Shown here: positions 1 through 11,068 of the stretch, piece by piece
Position numbering within the stretch: the stretch's first letter is position 1
Layout of the letters: every line of letters begins with the position of its first letter
Source: Bacilli bacterium
GTDB lineage: Bacteria; Bacillota_I; Bacilli_A; RFN20; UBA1709
NCBI GenBank assembly: GCA_050949315.1
Contig: JBMNFL010000001.1
Coordinates: forward strand, 826,413 to 890,412
DNA length: 64,000 bases
Direction: 5' to 3'
The notes under the pieces: model-generated
The model's input: the letters and a program-made list of their open reading frames with translations, nothing else
The model's database searches: none
What the model was told of the DNA's origin: nothing
Position numbers and translations under genes: made by a program

Positions 1-2
1 AT

Positions 3-1403
3 GAAGAGTATAATGCATTTTTACTCACAAAGTTTAAAGCTGAATATGGCGAGGATTATGCTGATAATCCAACCATAAAGGCCAAATATGACCAAGCATT
101 AGGCTCAATAAATGCCGCCGTTTATAAAGACGTTGATGATATCAATAATGATTATGTCAAGCAGTTTTTGGCTGAATATAGATCCAAAAAGTATGAAATA
201 GTTTATATGCCAAGGGTTGAATATAGTGGTGGACGAGTTGCTAAAGGAGGCACGGCTCGTTTAATTGCCGTTCATCAAAAGAGCGTTTTTATTCGCTTGT
301 TTAATTTCCTTGGTCAAATGGTAACTTTTGAAACAGTTAATGATGTTAAAGATCCTAATTTAACTGATCGCTATGTTAAAGTTGTTTGGGACGATATGTC
401 CAATATGCCGGCCTTAGTCGGCTCAGGGACAACTCATAAATATCTAATTTATTTTGATGATAGTTTTCCTTATATTCACCAGAATATAGTTCATTTTGGC
501 TTAGGTGTTTCTTCCACTCAATATGAAGGTTCTCCGATTGTCGAAGGCGTTATGGGAAAAGCGACAGGTGATTACATTTATCGCGATCAAGAATATCCTG
601 CTCAAATAGGAACGGGAATTAAAAGTAATAATGCTTATGATTTCCACACAGTTACTTATTCTCCGATTTTTTCAGAGTTTGAAGAAGGAAAATATAACGA
701 TAATTATACTCAACCAAGCGCAAGGATAGGCGGACTGACAAGAATTGGCAATTCCTTTGTTATTGGTATTATTGCTACCATTGTTGCCTATATCTTTGGC
801 CTTCCAATTGGAATCTTTATGGCTCTAAAGAAAGATAAATTGGTTGATAAATTAGGGATGATGTATATTATCTTTATTATGGCCGTTCCATCGCTAGCAT
901 ATATCTTCATTTTCTCTACAATTGGCACAACCTTATTTAAATTACCTTATAAATTTGCTAACGCACAGGTGCCGATTCTGGCGTATATTTTACCGACTAT
1001 CTCTTTGGCCTTACCATCTATCGGTGGATTGATGAAGTGGATGCGTCGTTATATGATTGACCAGATGAATAGTGATTATGTTAAATTTGCTAGGGCTGAA
1101 GGCTTGAGTGAAAGAGAAATTTTCTCTAAACACATTTCTAAAAACGCGATGATTTATCTCGTGCATGGTATTCCAGCCAGTATTTTATTTTGTTTAACAG
1201 GAGCCATTATTACCGAGTCGGTTTATGGTGTGCCAGGTATTGGTCGAATATTAACCGATGCTATCACATTCCATGATAATGGCTTAATTGTCGCGGTAAC
1301 GGTGTTCTACACTTTCCTTTCAATAGTGGCCTTAATTTTAGGTGATCTTTTGTTAGCAAAATACGATCCTCGTGTTTCTTTCACCGAGAAAGGAGGTCGT
1401 TAG
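3..1403 (+). CDS. Oligopeptide-type ABC transporter permease (OppB-like), 5'-partial; the frame is open to the window start and a large extracytoplasmic domain precedes the TM bundle
   Basis: The listed ORF 168..1403 continues in-frame without a stop back to nt 3. C-terminal hydrophobic helices and an EAA-like loop (FARAEGLSEREIFSKH) are typical of BPD_transp_1 permeases. It is followed by an OppC/OppD/OppF set. Confidence 0.8.
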   Translation, partial: EEYNAFLLTKFKAEYGEDYADNPTIKAKYDQALGSINAAVYKDVDDINNDYVKQFLAEYRSKKYEIVYMPRVEYSGGRVAKGGTARLIAVHQKSVFIRLFNFLGQMVTFETVNDVKDPNLTDRYVKVVWDDMSNMPALVGSGTTHKYLIYFDDSFPYIHQNIVHFGLGVSSTQYEGSPIVEGVMGKATGDYIYRDQEYPAQIGTGIKSNNAYDFHTVTYSPIFSEFEEGKYNDNYTQPSARIGGLTRIGNSFVIGIIATIVAYIFGLPIGIFMALKKDKLVDKLGMMYIIFIMAVPSLAYIFIFSTIGTTLFKLPYKFANAQVPILAYILPTISLALPSIGGLMKWMRRYMIDQMNSDYVKFARAEGLSEREIFSKHISKNAMIYLVHGIPASILFCLTGAIITESVYGVPGIGRILTDAITFHDNGLIVAVTVFYTFLSIVALILGDLLLAKYDPRVSFTEKGGR

Positions 1404-1404
1404 T

Positions 1405-2424
1405 ATGCTAAAAGACAAAAAAACAAAGGATACACCAAAAGAAGTTAAGGTGGTAAAAAGAAGTAGAAAACCTAGGGTTGTCAAAGAAGATGATTTATTT
1501 TATTTCATTGATAGCGACACTATAAAATCAGAAAAAATTACCGCGCCGCGTTACTCTTATTGGCGCTCGGTATTTAAAGTATTCTTTAAGAAAAAAACTA
1601 ATATTGTCCTTTTATCTTCTTTGATATTAATGATTCTTGTGGCATTAATATTCCCATTGTTTTGTCCTTATAATCCAAATGAAAACGTTAATCTAACAGA
1701 TTCTTACAATCAAAGTCCAGCAGCGGCGATGAATATGTTTGGTGGTTTTTCTTTGAAATATCTTTTGGGAACAGGTTCCATAGGCAATTCGATTTTTTAT
1801 GGTATTTGGGCTTCAACACAGACATCAATTTTACTAGCTATTGTTTGTGCAACCATCAACATGACAGTGGGCATTATTTTAGGCGCTGTTTGGGGTTATT
1901 CGAAAAAATTCGATGCCGTTATGATGGTTATTTATAATATTGTCGCCAATGTTCCCTATATTTTAGTTGTTTCTGTCTTAGTTTATGTCATCGGCAGTGG
2001 CTTCTGGTCTTTTGTACTAGCCATGACAATGACAGGCTGGATGGGCATTGCCTATTTCTTTAGAACACAGGTCATTATTATTCGTGACCGAGAATATAAC
2101 CTCGCTTCTAAATGTTTAGGAACGCCAATTGTTCGGGTAGTAACCAAGAACGTTCTTCCATTCTTAACTTCGGTTATTGTCACAATATTAGCTAGTGAAC
2201 TACCATCTTACATTGGAGCTGAAGTGTTCTTATCATACATTGGTATTGGTTTAAGCGCCACGGTGCCTTCCTTAGGGCGGATGATTCAAGAAGCCCAAAC
2301 GGCCTTTATCATGTTCCCGTGGGCCTTTTGGCCGCCTGTTGCCATCGCTTCGATTGTAACGATTATCTTGTATGTCGTAGGTCAGAATCTTGCTGATGCT
2401 TCTGATCCAAGGACACATATGTAG
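1405..2424 (+). CDS. Oligopeptide-type ABC transporter permease (OppC-like)
   Basis: ATG at 1405 is preceded by GAGAAAGGAGG. Multiple TM helices. Second permease of an Opp/Dpp-type operon. Confidence 0.8.
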   Translation: MLKDKKTKDTPKEVKVVKRSRKPRVVKEDDLFYFIDSDTIKSEKITAPRYSYWRSVFKVFFKKKTNIVLLSSLILMILVALIFPLFCPYNPNENVNLTDSYNQSPAAAMNMFGGFSLKYLLGTGSIGNSIFYGIWASTQTSILLAIVCATINMTVGIILGAVWGYSKKFDAVMMVIYNIVANVPYILVVSVLVYVIGSGFWSFVLAMTMTGWMGIAYFFRTQVIIIRDREYNLASKCLGTPIVRVVTKNVLPFLTSVIVTILASELPSYIGAEVFLSYIGIGLSATVPSLGRMIQEAQTAFIMFPWAFWPPVAIASIVTIILYVVGQNLADASDPRTHM

Positions 2425-2436
2425 GGGGTGCGTAAA

Positions 2437-4248
2437 ATGGAAGAAAAGAAAGTTTTACTTAACCTCAGACACGTAGATGTCAAGTTCAATGTTCGGGGTC
2501 GTATTCTAACAGCGATTCGTGACGTGACTTTACAGGTATATGAAAATGAATCTTTAGCCATTGTTGGTGAGTCAGGTTCAGGGAAATCGGTTTTAACCAA
2601 AACCTTTGCCGGTATGCTGGATTCCAATGGCTTTATCAGCCATGGGACTATCATTTTTAAAGATGATGAAATTTCTAAAACCTCGGTAGAGATGGATAAA
2701 ATAAATACCCTTATTTATCAAAAAATATTAAAGAAAATCAATCTTTATTCAACCTATGAACGAGGAGGCGCTGAGTATAAGGCGATTGAAAAACTCAAAG
2801 AGGAAATTTTACAGGCTCAAAGTTTAAGTGCGGAAGAACTTGAAAAATATGCTGAAACCAATAAAGAAATCAGTGACGAATTGATTGATTTAAGGAATTA
2901 TATGGATACCCTATCGCGAAGGGATGAACACGATGCTTTAGAGTTAGAAGAATCGCAGGAACGTTTTAAAGAACTAATTGCTCAACAGCAGGAATTAGAA
3001 AAAGAACGCGATGAAAAAGTTGCTAAACGCAAGGCTGATTATGAGGCCAATACGCAGTTAAAGGCTGAACATCAACAAAGATTACACGAACTTGAAGAAG
3101 CCCGTCGCTTAAAAATCGCTGGCGATGACTTGGAAGATAATGGCAATCCTTATAAGTTGAGTGATACCATTATTAAACGTAATGATATTTGGGCCAAAGA
3201 GGTTGTTTTATCTATTGGCCGTTATCCTATTTATACAAAAATTCGCTTTTATTTTAAACTTTCTAAAGCCTTCAAAGAGGCTTTAACCAAGGGCACAGAT
3301 TTTAGTAAAGAAAAAAGAGTTAATCGCATTTTTGAGAACGCGACTTTTAGGGTGCAATATCAAGGTTGTAGTGAGGATGGTAAGACTCTGCATGGCTATG
3401 CCATCATTGACTGTGCCAAGATTAAATACGCCAAAGACTGGCAAAGAATCAGAGGTCGTAGGATTGCTACCATATTCCAAGACCCCATGACTTCACTAAA
3501 CCCAGTTATCCCTATTGGTAAGCAAATTATTACCATTATTCTCAAGCATCAAAAGTGTGGTTATTCAGAGGCAAAACAACGAGCTTTAGAAATTATGCAA
3601 GATGTGGGCATTCCTGATCCAAAAGGCCGCTTCAATGATTATCCTTTCCAATATTCAGGCGGTATGCGTCAGAGAATAGTTATTGCGATTGCACTATCTT
3701 GTCAACCGAAGATTTTGATTTGTGACGAACCAACGACCGCACTTGATGTCACCATTCAAGCACAAATTATTCGCTTGATTAAGGACTTGCAGAAAAAGTT
3801 TGGCTTTACAACTGTTTATATTACCCATGACTTGGGCGTTGTAGCTAACGTAGCGGAAAGAGTCGCGGTTTTATATGCGGGACAAATTGTAGAAATTGGT
3901 TCAGTAGAAGACATTTTCTATAATCCTAAACACCCCTATACCTGGGCGCTTCTTTCCTCGCTTCCCCAATTATCGGAACGCGGTAAAGAACTTTATTCAA
4001 TTCCTGGAACCCCACCATCACTTTATAACAAAATTGTTGGTGATGCTTTTGCCTTGAGAAGTCAATATGCGCTGGCCATAGATTTAGTTAAAGAAGCTCC
4101 GATGATGGAAGTTAGTGAGGGGCACTTTGCTAAAACTTGGCTTTTAGATCCACGGGCTCCGAAAGTTGAAGCACCCGAAAATATTCAAAATCTCCATGAA
4201 AAAATGCTCAAAGTTCACGCCGGTTTTGAAGATGAGGAGGCCTTATAA
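2437..4248 (+). CDS. Oligopeptide ABC transporter ATP-binding protein (OppD-like) with a ~250-aa charged coiled-coil insertion
   Basis: Walker [10 protein letters not shown]-loop [10 protein letters not shown], signature LSGGMRQR, Walker [13 protein letters not shown], and an oligopeptide-ABC C-terminal motif [12 protein letters not shown] long E/K/Q-rich insert sits between Walker A and the Q-loop. A GGGGG RBS lies 8 nt upstream of ATG 2437. Confidence 0.85.
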   Translation: MEEKKVLLNLRHVDVKFNVRGRILTAIRDVTLQVYENESLAIVGESGSGKSVLTKTFAGMLDSNGFISHGTIIFKDDEISKTSVEMDKINTLIYQKILKKINLYSTYERGGAEYKAIEKLKEEILQAQSLSAEELEKYAETNKEISDELIDLRNYMDTLSRRDEHDALELEESQERFKELIAQQQELEKERDEKVAKRKADYEANTQLKAEHQQRLHELEEARRLKIAGDDLEDNGNPYKLSDTIIKRNDIWAKEVVLSIGRYPIYTKIRFYFKLSKAFKEALTKGTDFSKEKRVNRIFENATFRVQYQGCSEDGKTLHGYAIIDCAKIKYAKDWQRIRGRRIATIFQDPMTSLNPVIPIGKQIITIILKHQKCGYSEAKQRALEIMQDVGIPDPKGRFNDYPFQYSGGMRQRIVIAIALSCQPKILICDEPTTALDVTIQAQIIRLIKDLQKKFGFTTVYITHDLGVVANVAERVAVLYAGQIVEIGSVEDIFYNPKHPYTWALLSSLPQLSERGKELYSIPGTPPSLYNKIVGDAFALRSQYALAIDLVKEAPMMEVSEGHFAKTWLLDPRAPKVEAPENIQNLHEKMLKVHAGFEDEEAL

Positions 4249-5201
4249 TGGAACAAGAAAAAAGAGAAATAGTTTTACAGGTTAAAAACATTGATATTGT
4301 TTTTGGCAGTGGGAAAAATGCCTTTAAGGCCATTGATAATGTTTCTTTTGATATTTATAAAGGGGAAACCTTAGCGTTAGTTGGAGAATCAGGTTCGGGT
4401 AAGACCACCATTGGACGAGCCATCGTCCGAATCAATCCATTAGCCGCGGGCGAAATTCTTTATAAAGGTGAACGCATTTCGGGTAGATTATCTAAAGGAA
4501 AAGACCGTGAAGTAATTCGTAAATTACAGATGATTTTCCAAGATCCTGCCGCCTCTTTAAATGAGCGGGCGACAATTGAATACATTATTTCTGAAGGTCT
4601 TTATAACTTCCGCCTTTTTAAGGATGAAAAAGAAAGAATTGAAAAAATTGAAAACATTATTAGAGAAGTTGGCTTGTTGCCTGAGCATTTAACAAGATAT
4701 CCTCACGAATTTTCGGGTGGTCAAAGACAAAGAATTGGTATTGCTAGATCTATTGTTATGGAACCCGAGTTTATCGTGGCTGATGAACCGATATCCGCTT
4801 TGGATGTTTCTATTAGAGCCCAAGTTTTAAATTTATTAAGGAAATTCCAAATTGAAAGAGATTTAACCTATTTATTTATCGCCCACGATCTTTCTATCGT
4901 TCGTTTTATCAGTGATCGTATTATCGTTATCTATAAGGGTAAATTAATGGAAATTGCCGAAACCGAAGAACTTTTCAAATATCCTTTGCACCCCTATACT
5001 AGATCTTTAATCTCTGCGATTCCGGTTCCTGATCCCATCATTGAAAAGAGCAAAAAACTCTTTGTCTATGATCCCAGTCTTCATGATTATAGTTCTTCTA
5101 AACCGGAACTAGTTGATATTGGTGGCGGACACTTTGTCTATGGTAATGAAGAAGAAATTGCTAGATACAAAGCTTGGCGTTTTAGAAAAGAGGCTAAATA
5201 A
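4248..5201 (+). CDS. Oligopeptide ABC transporter ATP-binding protein (OppF-like)
   Basis: [32 protein letters not shown]-terminal motif. The start overlaps the oppD stop (TAATG). RBS GAGGAGG. Confidence 0.85.
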   Translation: MEQEKREIVLQVKNIDIVFGSGKNAFKAIDNVSFDIYKGETLALVGESGSGKTTIGRAIVRINPLAAGEILYKGERISGRLSKGKDREVIRKLQMIFQDPAASLNERATIEYIISEGLYNFRLFKDEKERIEKIENIIREVGLLPEHLTRYPHEFSGGQRQRIGIARSIVMEPEFIVADEPISALDVSIRAQVLNLLRKFQIERDLTYLFIAHDLSIVRFISDRIIVIYKGKLMEIAETEELFKYPLHPYTRSLISAIPVPDPIIEKSKKLFVYDPSLHDYSSSKPELVDIGGGHFVYGNEEEIARYKAWRFRKEAK

Positions 5202-5226
5202 CTAATCTCGTGATTAGTTATTTTTA
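5197..5226 (+). terminator. Intrinsic terminator after the opp operon
   Basis: Perfect inverted repeat AATAACTAATC/GATTAGTTATT with loop tcgt, followed by TTTT. Confidence 0.7.
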
Positions 5227-5240
5227 CGGAGTGAGCAGAA

Positions 5241-6518
5241 ATGCCGATTAATGATGAGCATCAAGAAATAGAGGTTCAAAAGTATTCACGAAAAGGATTA
5301 ATTATTCGTGCTATCTTTTTTGTGATTGCCTTAACGGTTGCTGTTGTAAGTTTTGCTCGCGCTATTAATTCCTGCTCCGAAAAGAAGCCGGGTTATTATA
5401 AAATAGAATTAAAAGAAGATGAAGAAGCACCCTTTTATGGGGCCGGAGTTAAGTTTGAATATTATTTAGATGGTGAGAGTAGTGAAATTAAAATAGCTTT
5501 AAAAAATTTAAAAAATGTTTATTCATTAGCCTTAAAACAAGCCTATATTTTAGTTGATGCGGAAAATACTTATGAAGTTTATAAAAACTTAGCTCTAGTT
5601 AATCAAAACATCGGACAAGAGGTGGAATTACACCCCTTGTTATATCCGTTGTTGAAGGAAGCGTATGAATTAACTCTATTAAGAGAAAATTATAACCTTT
5701 TTGCCAATATTCTAATTGATCGTTGGGAAGGGATTCTTTTAGCCGCTGACGATGAAAGAGACCCGCTAATCAATCTAGAAGAAGCGGCGTTTTTAGAGGA
5801 AATAGCAAGTTATGTTGATGATTTAACAAATTTTTCCTTGCTTTTTGATGATGAAAATAAAAGCGTGACTTTTAATACTTCATTAGCCTTCAAGAATTTT
5901 TATGAAACCGAAGGCCTAGATTGTGCTATTTTGGATTTTAATAGTTTAAATGAAGCGTTCAAAATAAAATTGCTGTGCAATAATCTTAAAGAGCAAGGCT
6001 ATACTAAGGGCTTTGTTGAAACCGCAGATGGATTAGTTATCAATTTAGGGACGGATTCAACTTGTTTCTATGCCATTTCCAATAAATTGGATAGTCAAAC
6101 TTATGAAAGCCCAGTAATGTCTGTTAGTAGTGAAAAGTACAAACTTTTATCACGGAGCAGAGTTTATAGTGTTAAGCAAGAAGATTATTATCGAGTAATT
6201 AATCACGAGGAGAAGAACTATTATCGACACTTAAAAATTGATGTTAAAAGTGGGAAGATTAACAATATTATAAATACTGTCAATCTTTTTGCTACCGATT
6301 TTGATATTGTACAGTTACGTTTTTTTAACTTAACAATTTATGGGTTTAATACAATTGATGGTATAAATAATCAGGTTAAAAAAATTGAGGACGAAAATCC
6401 TCAATTGTCTTTAGCTTATACTTTACAGGGGGATGATAAAGATATTTATATTTATAAAGGTGAGTTTACCGTTTTAGAAGATTCTGGTTATAATCCTAAA
6501 TATCTTCTGGCTGACTAG
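5241..6518 (+). CDS. Hypothetical membrane-anchored protein (N-terminal TM helix, large extracytoplasmic domain)
   Basis: RBS GGAGTGA, ATG 5241. One N-terminal hydrophobic helix. No recognisable catalytic motif. Confidence 0.55.
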   Translation: MPINDEHQEIEVQKYSRKGLIIRAIFFVIALTVAVVSFARAINSCSEKKPGYYKIELKEDEEAPFYGAGVKFEYYLDGESSEIKIALKNLKNVYSLALKQAYILVDAENTYEVYKNLALVNQNIGQEVELHPLLYPLLKEAYELTLLRENYNLFANILIDRWEGILLAADDERDPLINLEEAAFLEEIASYVDDLTNFSLLFDDENKSVTFNTSLAFKNFYETEGLDCAILDFNSLNEAFKIKLLCNNLKEQGYTKGFVETADGLVINLGTDSTCFYAISNKLDSQTYESPVMSVSSEKYKLLSRSRVYSVKQEDYYRVINHEEKNYYRHLKIDVKSGKINNIINTVNLFATDFDIVQLRFFNLTIYGFNTIDGINNQVKKIEDENPQLSLAYTLQGDDKDIYIYKGEFTVLEDSGYNPKYLLAD

Positions 6519-6753
6519 TTAAAAGAATAGCACGAATAATAAAAAAGTTTATGATTAAACAAACGATAGGAAAGGCAATTAAAAAGGTGTTTCCGGCTTG
6601 CCAGGTCCCTTTGGCTACGATAATTAAAGCAAAGATTAGATCAAGAATAGTAAGAAATGCAAAAATACAAAACCAGACAAATCTTCTCGTGTTTGGTTTT
6701 TTCTTTAAATCAATTTTCCAAACAAATGGTTTTCTCTGCCTTTCTTTGTTCAT
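6496..6753 (-). CDS. Small two-TM membrane protein (hypothetical)
   Basis: The internal ATG (MNKERQRKPF...) is preceded on the minus strand by a GGGGGGGA RBS with 6-nt spacing. A CTGATA-18-TATACT promoter-like element lies upstream. The longer listed ORF start (6807) lacks an RBS. Confidence 0.4.
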   Translation of the reverse strand: MNKERQRKPFVWKIDLKKKPNTRRFVWFCIFAFLTILDLIFALIIVAKGTWQAGNTFLIAFPIVCLIINFFIIRAILLTSQPEDI

Positions 6754-6825
6754 AAGTATTCCCCCCCAGTATAGATTCATTTTAATGCTTTTATCAGTAT
6801 TTATCAACTTTTTTTAAAAAAAGTT

Positions 6826-6833
6826 GTATAATA
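6826..6833 (+). promoter_or_regulatory. Extended -10 promoter (TGtTATAAT) for the rimK-like gene
   Basis: TGTATAAT lies 18 nt upstream of ATG 6851. GAGG RBS in the short leader. Confidence 0.55.
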
Positions 6834-6850
6834 CTTTTTGAGGTTATGTT

Positions 6851-7744
6851 ATGCAAGTAGTTATTATTCGTAATCCCTACTCTCGTTTAGCTGCTCAAAA
6901 GGGTCAAATTGAGCGTTTGCAAGCGGAGTTTAAGAAGAAAAAAATCGAATGTCGACTAATAAGTAGTCAGGGCTTTTTGGCGTGGATAGAAAATGGTGTA
7001 GCTTATTCTAGTTTGCAAAACGTGGCAATTATTTATTTGGATAAGGACAAATATTTGGTTTCGTTACTGAACAAATTGGGTTTTAGAATTTTTAATCCAG
7101 CCGAGGCGATTATAACTTGTGATGATAAGATGTTGACTCATATTGCACTTAGCAACCAAGGAATTCAAATGCCGAAGACTATACCAGGACTTCTTTGTTA
7201 TACCAAAGGTGCTAAGCTTAGGGAGGAATATTTAGAAACTTTGGTTAAAGAACTTGGTTTACCCTTTGTTATTAAAGAATCCTATGGGTCCTTAGGGAAA
7301 CAAGTTTATCTAGTAGAAAATAAAGAAGAGGCTAGAAAGGTATTAAATAAGGTTAAGTATGTCCCCCATCTTTGTCAAGAATTAGTGAAAAGTAGTTATG
7401 GCAAGGATATTCGTGTAATTGTTATTGGTGGTAAAGCTTTTGCTTGGATGAAACGGCAATCAAGTACCGATTTTCGTTCTAATATTGGTCTTGGCGGTGT
7501 TGGTTATGCAATTCAACTACCTAAAGCATATAAGGAAGTTAGTGAAAGGGTGGCTAGCCTTTTAAAGTTAGATTATTGTGGTATTGATCTTCTAATTGGT
7601 AAAGATGGTAAGCCCCTTGTTTGTGAAGTTAATTCCAATGCCTTCTTTAATGAAATTGAAAGGATTACGAAGAAAAATGTAGCGAGAACTTATGTAGAAT
7701 ATATTATAAAAGAAATGACGAGGATGGGAGCATATGACGATTGA
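6851..7744 (+). CDS. RimK-family ATP-grasp ligase (alpha-L-glutamate ligase-like)
   Basis: ATP-grasp motifs (VIKESYGSLGKQVYLVENKEEA; DIRVIVIGGKAFAWMKR; GIDLLIGKDGKPLVCEVNSNA). Confidence 0.75.
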   Translation: MQVVIIRNPYSRLAAQKGQIERLQAEFKKKKIECRLISSQGFLAWIENGVAYSSLQNVAIIYLDKDKYLVSLLNKLGFRIFNPAEAIITCDDKMLTHIALSNQGIQMPKTIPGLLCYTKGAKLREEYLETLVKELGLPFVIKESYGSLGKQVYLVENKEEARKVLNKVKYVPHLCQELVKSSYGKDIRVIVIGGKAFAWMKRQSSTDFRSNIGLGGVGYAIQLPKAYKEVSERVASLLKLDYCGIDLLIGKDGKPLVCEVNSNAFFNEIERITKKNVARTYVEYIIKEMTRMGAYDD

Positions 7745-9443
7745 AAAGCTCAACGAGAAGTTAATCAAACGTTTTAAAGGCCAAGTTAGTGCCCATGAAG
7801 AAAAGGGTTGTGTGGTTTTGACTGGTGCTCTTTTAACGTGGAAAGAAGTTATAGAAGCTTGTTACATGGCAGTTGATAAAAAACGCTACATAGGTGTTTT
7901 AAATGATATCGTCTGTATTGAGTGTAAAGAGGTTAAAACGCGTAGTTCTAGCTTAAATGATAAGCTTTTAGATGGCGAAGAAGTTGATGTTCTTGTCATC
8001 GGGGGTGGAATTTCTGGTGCCAGTATTTTGCGTGAGTTAAGTAAATATAAATTAAAACTTTTACTGATCGAAAAAGAAGCTGACGTAGCGATGCAGAGCA
8101 GTGGCCGCAACGATGGAGAAGTACACCCTGGAGTAGACTTAAAACCAGGAAGTAAGAAGCAACATTACGTCCTTTTAGGTAACGCCATGTACGATAACAT
8201 CTGTAAACAATTAGATGTTCCCTTTAGAAGATGCGGTCAATTCGCCCTTTTTACAAAAACGACAACTTTTCCTCTAATTTGGGCATATTCGCATCAAAAA
8301 TGTCGACAAAATTGTCCAACAGGGGTCATTTTGCGTCATCAACTAGCAAAAATGGAGCCAAATTTGACTTCAAGAGCCAAATTTGCTCTCTATAATCCGA
8401 CGGCTGGCGTGGTGTCTCCTTACGTTTTAACCATCGCGTATGCTGAAAATGCCATTCAAAACGGGGCTAGAGTTGTACTTAATTGTCAAGCGCTGAGCAT
8501 GGAATTAGCTGAGGGAAAAATAAAAAGTGTTTTAACTAATCGTGGTCGTATTTATCCTAGGCTTGTTATTAATTGTGCGGGTGTTTTTACTGAGGAAATT
8601 GCCAAGATGGCTAATGATCGTTATTTTTCAATTCACCCAAGAAAAGGTACAATTGCCATCTTAGATAAGAAAGCCAATTTTCAAATTAGAGGAATTTCTT
8701 CTATCCGCCACCTAAATGAACCCAAAAACACTAAAGGTGGGGGTATAATAAGAACAATAGATGATAATGTTCTTGTGGGACCAACGGCTACAGAGACTTA
8801 TTTAAAAGAAGATTTCACAACTGATCAAGAAGCGATTGATAAAATCTTCAAAAAACAAATTCAAACTTCGCCACAACTTAAAAAAAGCGATATTATAACT
8901 TATTTTAGTGGTATTAGAGCCGCTACCTTCGAAGAAGACTTTTATATTGAAAAAGGGCGTAATACAATGAATATTATCCATGTTGCGGGTATTCAATCAC
9001 CAGGTTTAACAACAGCTCCTGCCGTGGCTATTGATGTTGAAAGAATGGCAATAGAACTATTAAGTGAAACTAAAAAAGTATCTAAAAACAAGGACTTTAA
9101 TCCAATTAGACATGGAATACCACGTTTAAAAGAAATGACCGATTTAGATCGTAAAGAGATGATTAGAAAGAATCCGGATTATGGAATTATTGTTTGTCGT
9201 TGTGAAGAAATTAGTAAGGGCGAGATTATTGATGCTCTCAACTCGCCATTATGTGTTCCAACCTTAGATGCCATTAAACGTCGCGTAAGACCGGGGATGG
9301 GAAGATGCCAAGGTAGCTTTTGCTCGCCACTTGTTGCTCAGATTATCGCCGAGCACCAAGGAATTAGTTTAGATCAGGTAAAAAAGAGTGGTTTAGATTC
9401 CAATATTAGCTATGGTCATATCGGAGGAAAGTCCAATGGATAG
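7734..9443 (+). CDS. FAD-dependent oxidoreductase (GlpA/LhgO-like) with C-terminal BFD-like [2Fe-2S] domain
   Basis: Dinucleotide fold VLVIGGGISGASILRELS. The C-terminal CRCEE...C..C cysteine cluster is typical of BFD-like domains. First gene of a conserved three-gene cluster. Confidence 0.75.
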   Translation: MTIEKLNEKLIKRFKGQVSAHEEKGCVVLTGALLTWKEVIEACYMAVDKKRYIGVLNDIVCIECKEVKTRSSSLNDKLLDGEEVDVLVIGGGISGASILRELSKYKLKLLLIEKEADVAMQSSGRNDGEVHPGVDLKPGSKKQHYVLLGNAMYDNICKQLDVPFRRCGQFALFTKTTTFPLIWAYSHQKCRQNCPTGVILRHQLAKMEPNLTSRAKFALYNPTAGVVSPYVLTIAYAENAIQNGARVVLNCQALSMELAEGKIKSVLTNRGRIYPRLVINCAGVFTEEIAKMANDRYFSIHPRKGTIAILDKKANFQIRGISSIRHLNEPKNTKGGGIIRTIDDNVLVGPTATETYLKEDFTTDQEAIDKIFKKQIQTSPQLKKSDIITYFSGIRAATFEEDFYIEKGRNTMNIIHVAGIQSPGLTTAPAVAIDVERMAIELLSETKKVSKNKDFNPIRHGIPRLKEMTDLDRKEMIRKNPDYGIIVCRCEEISKGEIIDALNSPLCVPTLDAIKRRVRPGMGRCQGSFCSPLVAQIIAEHQGISLDQVKKSGLDSNISYGHIGGKSNG

Positions 9444-10695
9444 TTATCAGGTAATTGTTATCGGCGGTGGACCGGCGGGGTTAGCCGCTGCTATAGCTGC
9501 TAAGAAGGAAGCGGCTCGTGTTCTTCTTATTGAGCGAGAAGGAAGATTAGGTGGAATTTTAAAACAATGTATCCATGATGGTTTTGGGCTGATTCGTTTT
9601 AAGGAAAAACTCAGTGGACCCGAATATGTTGAACATTTTATTGATGAATTTGAAAATTTAGGTATTGAAAAATTATTGCTAACTTTTGTAACCAAAATCA
9701 CCAAAATGGAGGATGGTTATGTTGTAAAGTTCGTTAATAAACGGGGGCTTAGTGAGGTGTTTACTAAAACTATTGTTTTAGCCTGTGGTTGTCGAGAAAG
9801 AACTTCTAAACAGGTTATGATTCATGGAACAAGACCAGCTGGTATTTTTTCAGCGGGCACCGCTCAATACTTAACCAACATACTTGGTCAAAAAATTACC
9901 AAAAAATGTGTAATTTTAGGTAGTGGTGATGTTGGTTTAATTATGGCGCGTCGTTTAACCTTAGAAGGCGCCAAAGTAATTGGTGTTTATGAAATTAAAG
10001 ATAGTCCCACAGGTCTAACCCGCAACGTTCAACAATGTCTTGAGGATTATAATATTCCTCTTTACTTATCGCGAACGGTAGTTCGTATATTTGGTGAAGA
10101 AAGATTAAGTGGCGTTGAAGTGGCTAAAGTTGATAAGGAAATGAAAGTGATTCCCGGCACTGAAATTGTTATTGAGTGCGATGCTCTTATCTTATCGGTA
10201 GGTTTAATACCCGAGAATGAACTAGCAGAAGCAATTAATGTGGAAATTGATAACAATACTAAAGGCCCCAAGGTCAATGCCCAGGGTTTAACAAGCATGA
10301 AAGGGATTTATTCTTGTGGTAATGCTTTACATGTTAATGATTTAGTGGATTATGTGAGTGAAAGTGGAGAAATAGCAGGTAAAAATGCGGCAGGCTATAA
10401 TTATGCTGATGAAGAAAATGTTCCTATCCATTATTCAAATAACATAGCCTACTTAATACCTCAACGTTTAGATTTAAAGAGTGATAATTCTAAAACAACC
10501 ATTTACTTTAGAAGTCGCAAGGTTGAAAAACAGATTGAATTAGTACTTAAAATTGATGGACTTAGGGTTTGGCATAAACATTATTTAAAGATTAATCCAC
10601 CGGAAATGGAGCGACTAAGCTTAGACTTTAATAGTTTCAAGTTAAACAAAAACTCTAGAATTGAGTTTAGTTTGGAGACGCATAAAAATGGTTAA
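9436..10695 (+). CDS. Pyridine nucleotide-disulfide (NAD(P)/FAD-dependent) oxidoreductase
   Basis: VIVIGGGPAGLAAA and a second GSGDVG Rossmann motif. ATG 9436 follows the GGAGGAAAG RBS and overlaps the upstream stop. Confidence 0.75.
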   Translation: MDSYQVIVIGGGPAGLAAAIAAKKEAARVLLIEREGRLGGILKQCIHDGFGLIRFKEKLSGPEYVEHFIDEFENLGIEKLLLTFVTKITKMEDGYVVKFVNKRGLSEVFTKTIVLACGCRERTSKQVMIHGTRPAGIFSAGTAQYLTNILGQKITKKCVILGSGDVGLIMARRLTLEGAKVIGVYEIKDSPTGLTRNVQQCLEDYNIPLYLSRTVVRIFGEERLSGVEVAKVDKEMKVIPGTEIVIECDALILSVGLIPENELAEAINVEIDNNTKGPKVNAQGLTSMKGIYSCGNALHVNDLVDYVSESGEIAGKNAAGYNYADEENVPIHYSNNIAYLIPQRLDLKSDNSKTTIYFRSRKVEKQIELVLKIDGLRVWHKHYLKINPPEMERLSLDFNSFKLNKNSRIEFSLETHKNG

Positions 10696-11068
10696 TTATA
10701 AGGAAATGACCTGTATTGTTTGTCCTCTAGGGTGTCGATTAAAAGTTGAATTAGTAGATGGGGACTATAAAGTTAGTGGAAATAGTTGTCTTAGGGGCCA
10801 AACCTTCGCCATTAATGAGATTAAAAATCCTCTTAGGACTATTTCTTCTACTGTTCGAACCATCTACCCCGATGTCCCAGTTCTACCAGTGCGAGTAAGT
10901 GCGGATATTCCCATGAAGAAGATTTTCCCAGTAATGCAGGAAATCAATAAAGTTTTGGTTAAACAACCATTCAAACGAGGGGATGTTATTATTAAAGATG
11001 TTTTAGGCTTAGGGGTAGATGTTATTTGTACCAGTGATATTTTAAGCAGAAAGGGTGGTAAAAAATGA
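10688..11068 (+). CDS. DUF1667-domain protein (Cys-rich partner of the GlpA-like/oxidoreductase pair)
   Basis: CIVCPLGC...SGNSC motif. Conserved third gene of this cluster type. Confidence 0.65.
   Translation: MVNYKEMTCIVCPLGCRLKVELVDGDYKVSGNSCLRGQTFAINEIKNPLRTISSTVRTIYPDVPVLPVRVSADIPMKKIFPVMQEINKVLVKQPFKRGDVIIKDVLGLGVDVICTSDILSRKGGKK

Noticed and set aside
2382-2654. 90-aa minus-strand ORF
   Set aside because: Overlaps the oppC/oppD junction antisense to well-supported genes.
6551-6817. 88-aa plus-strand ORF
   Set aside because: Low-complexity, overlaps the minus-strand small membrane gene and the promoter region, and has no RBS.
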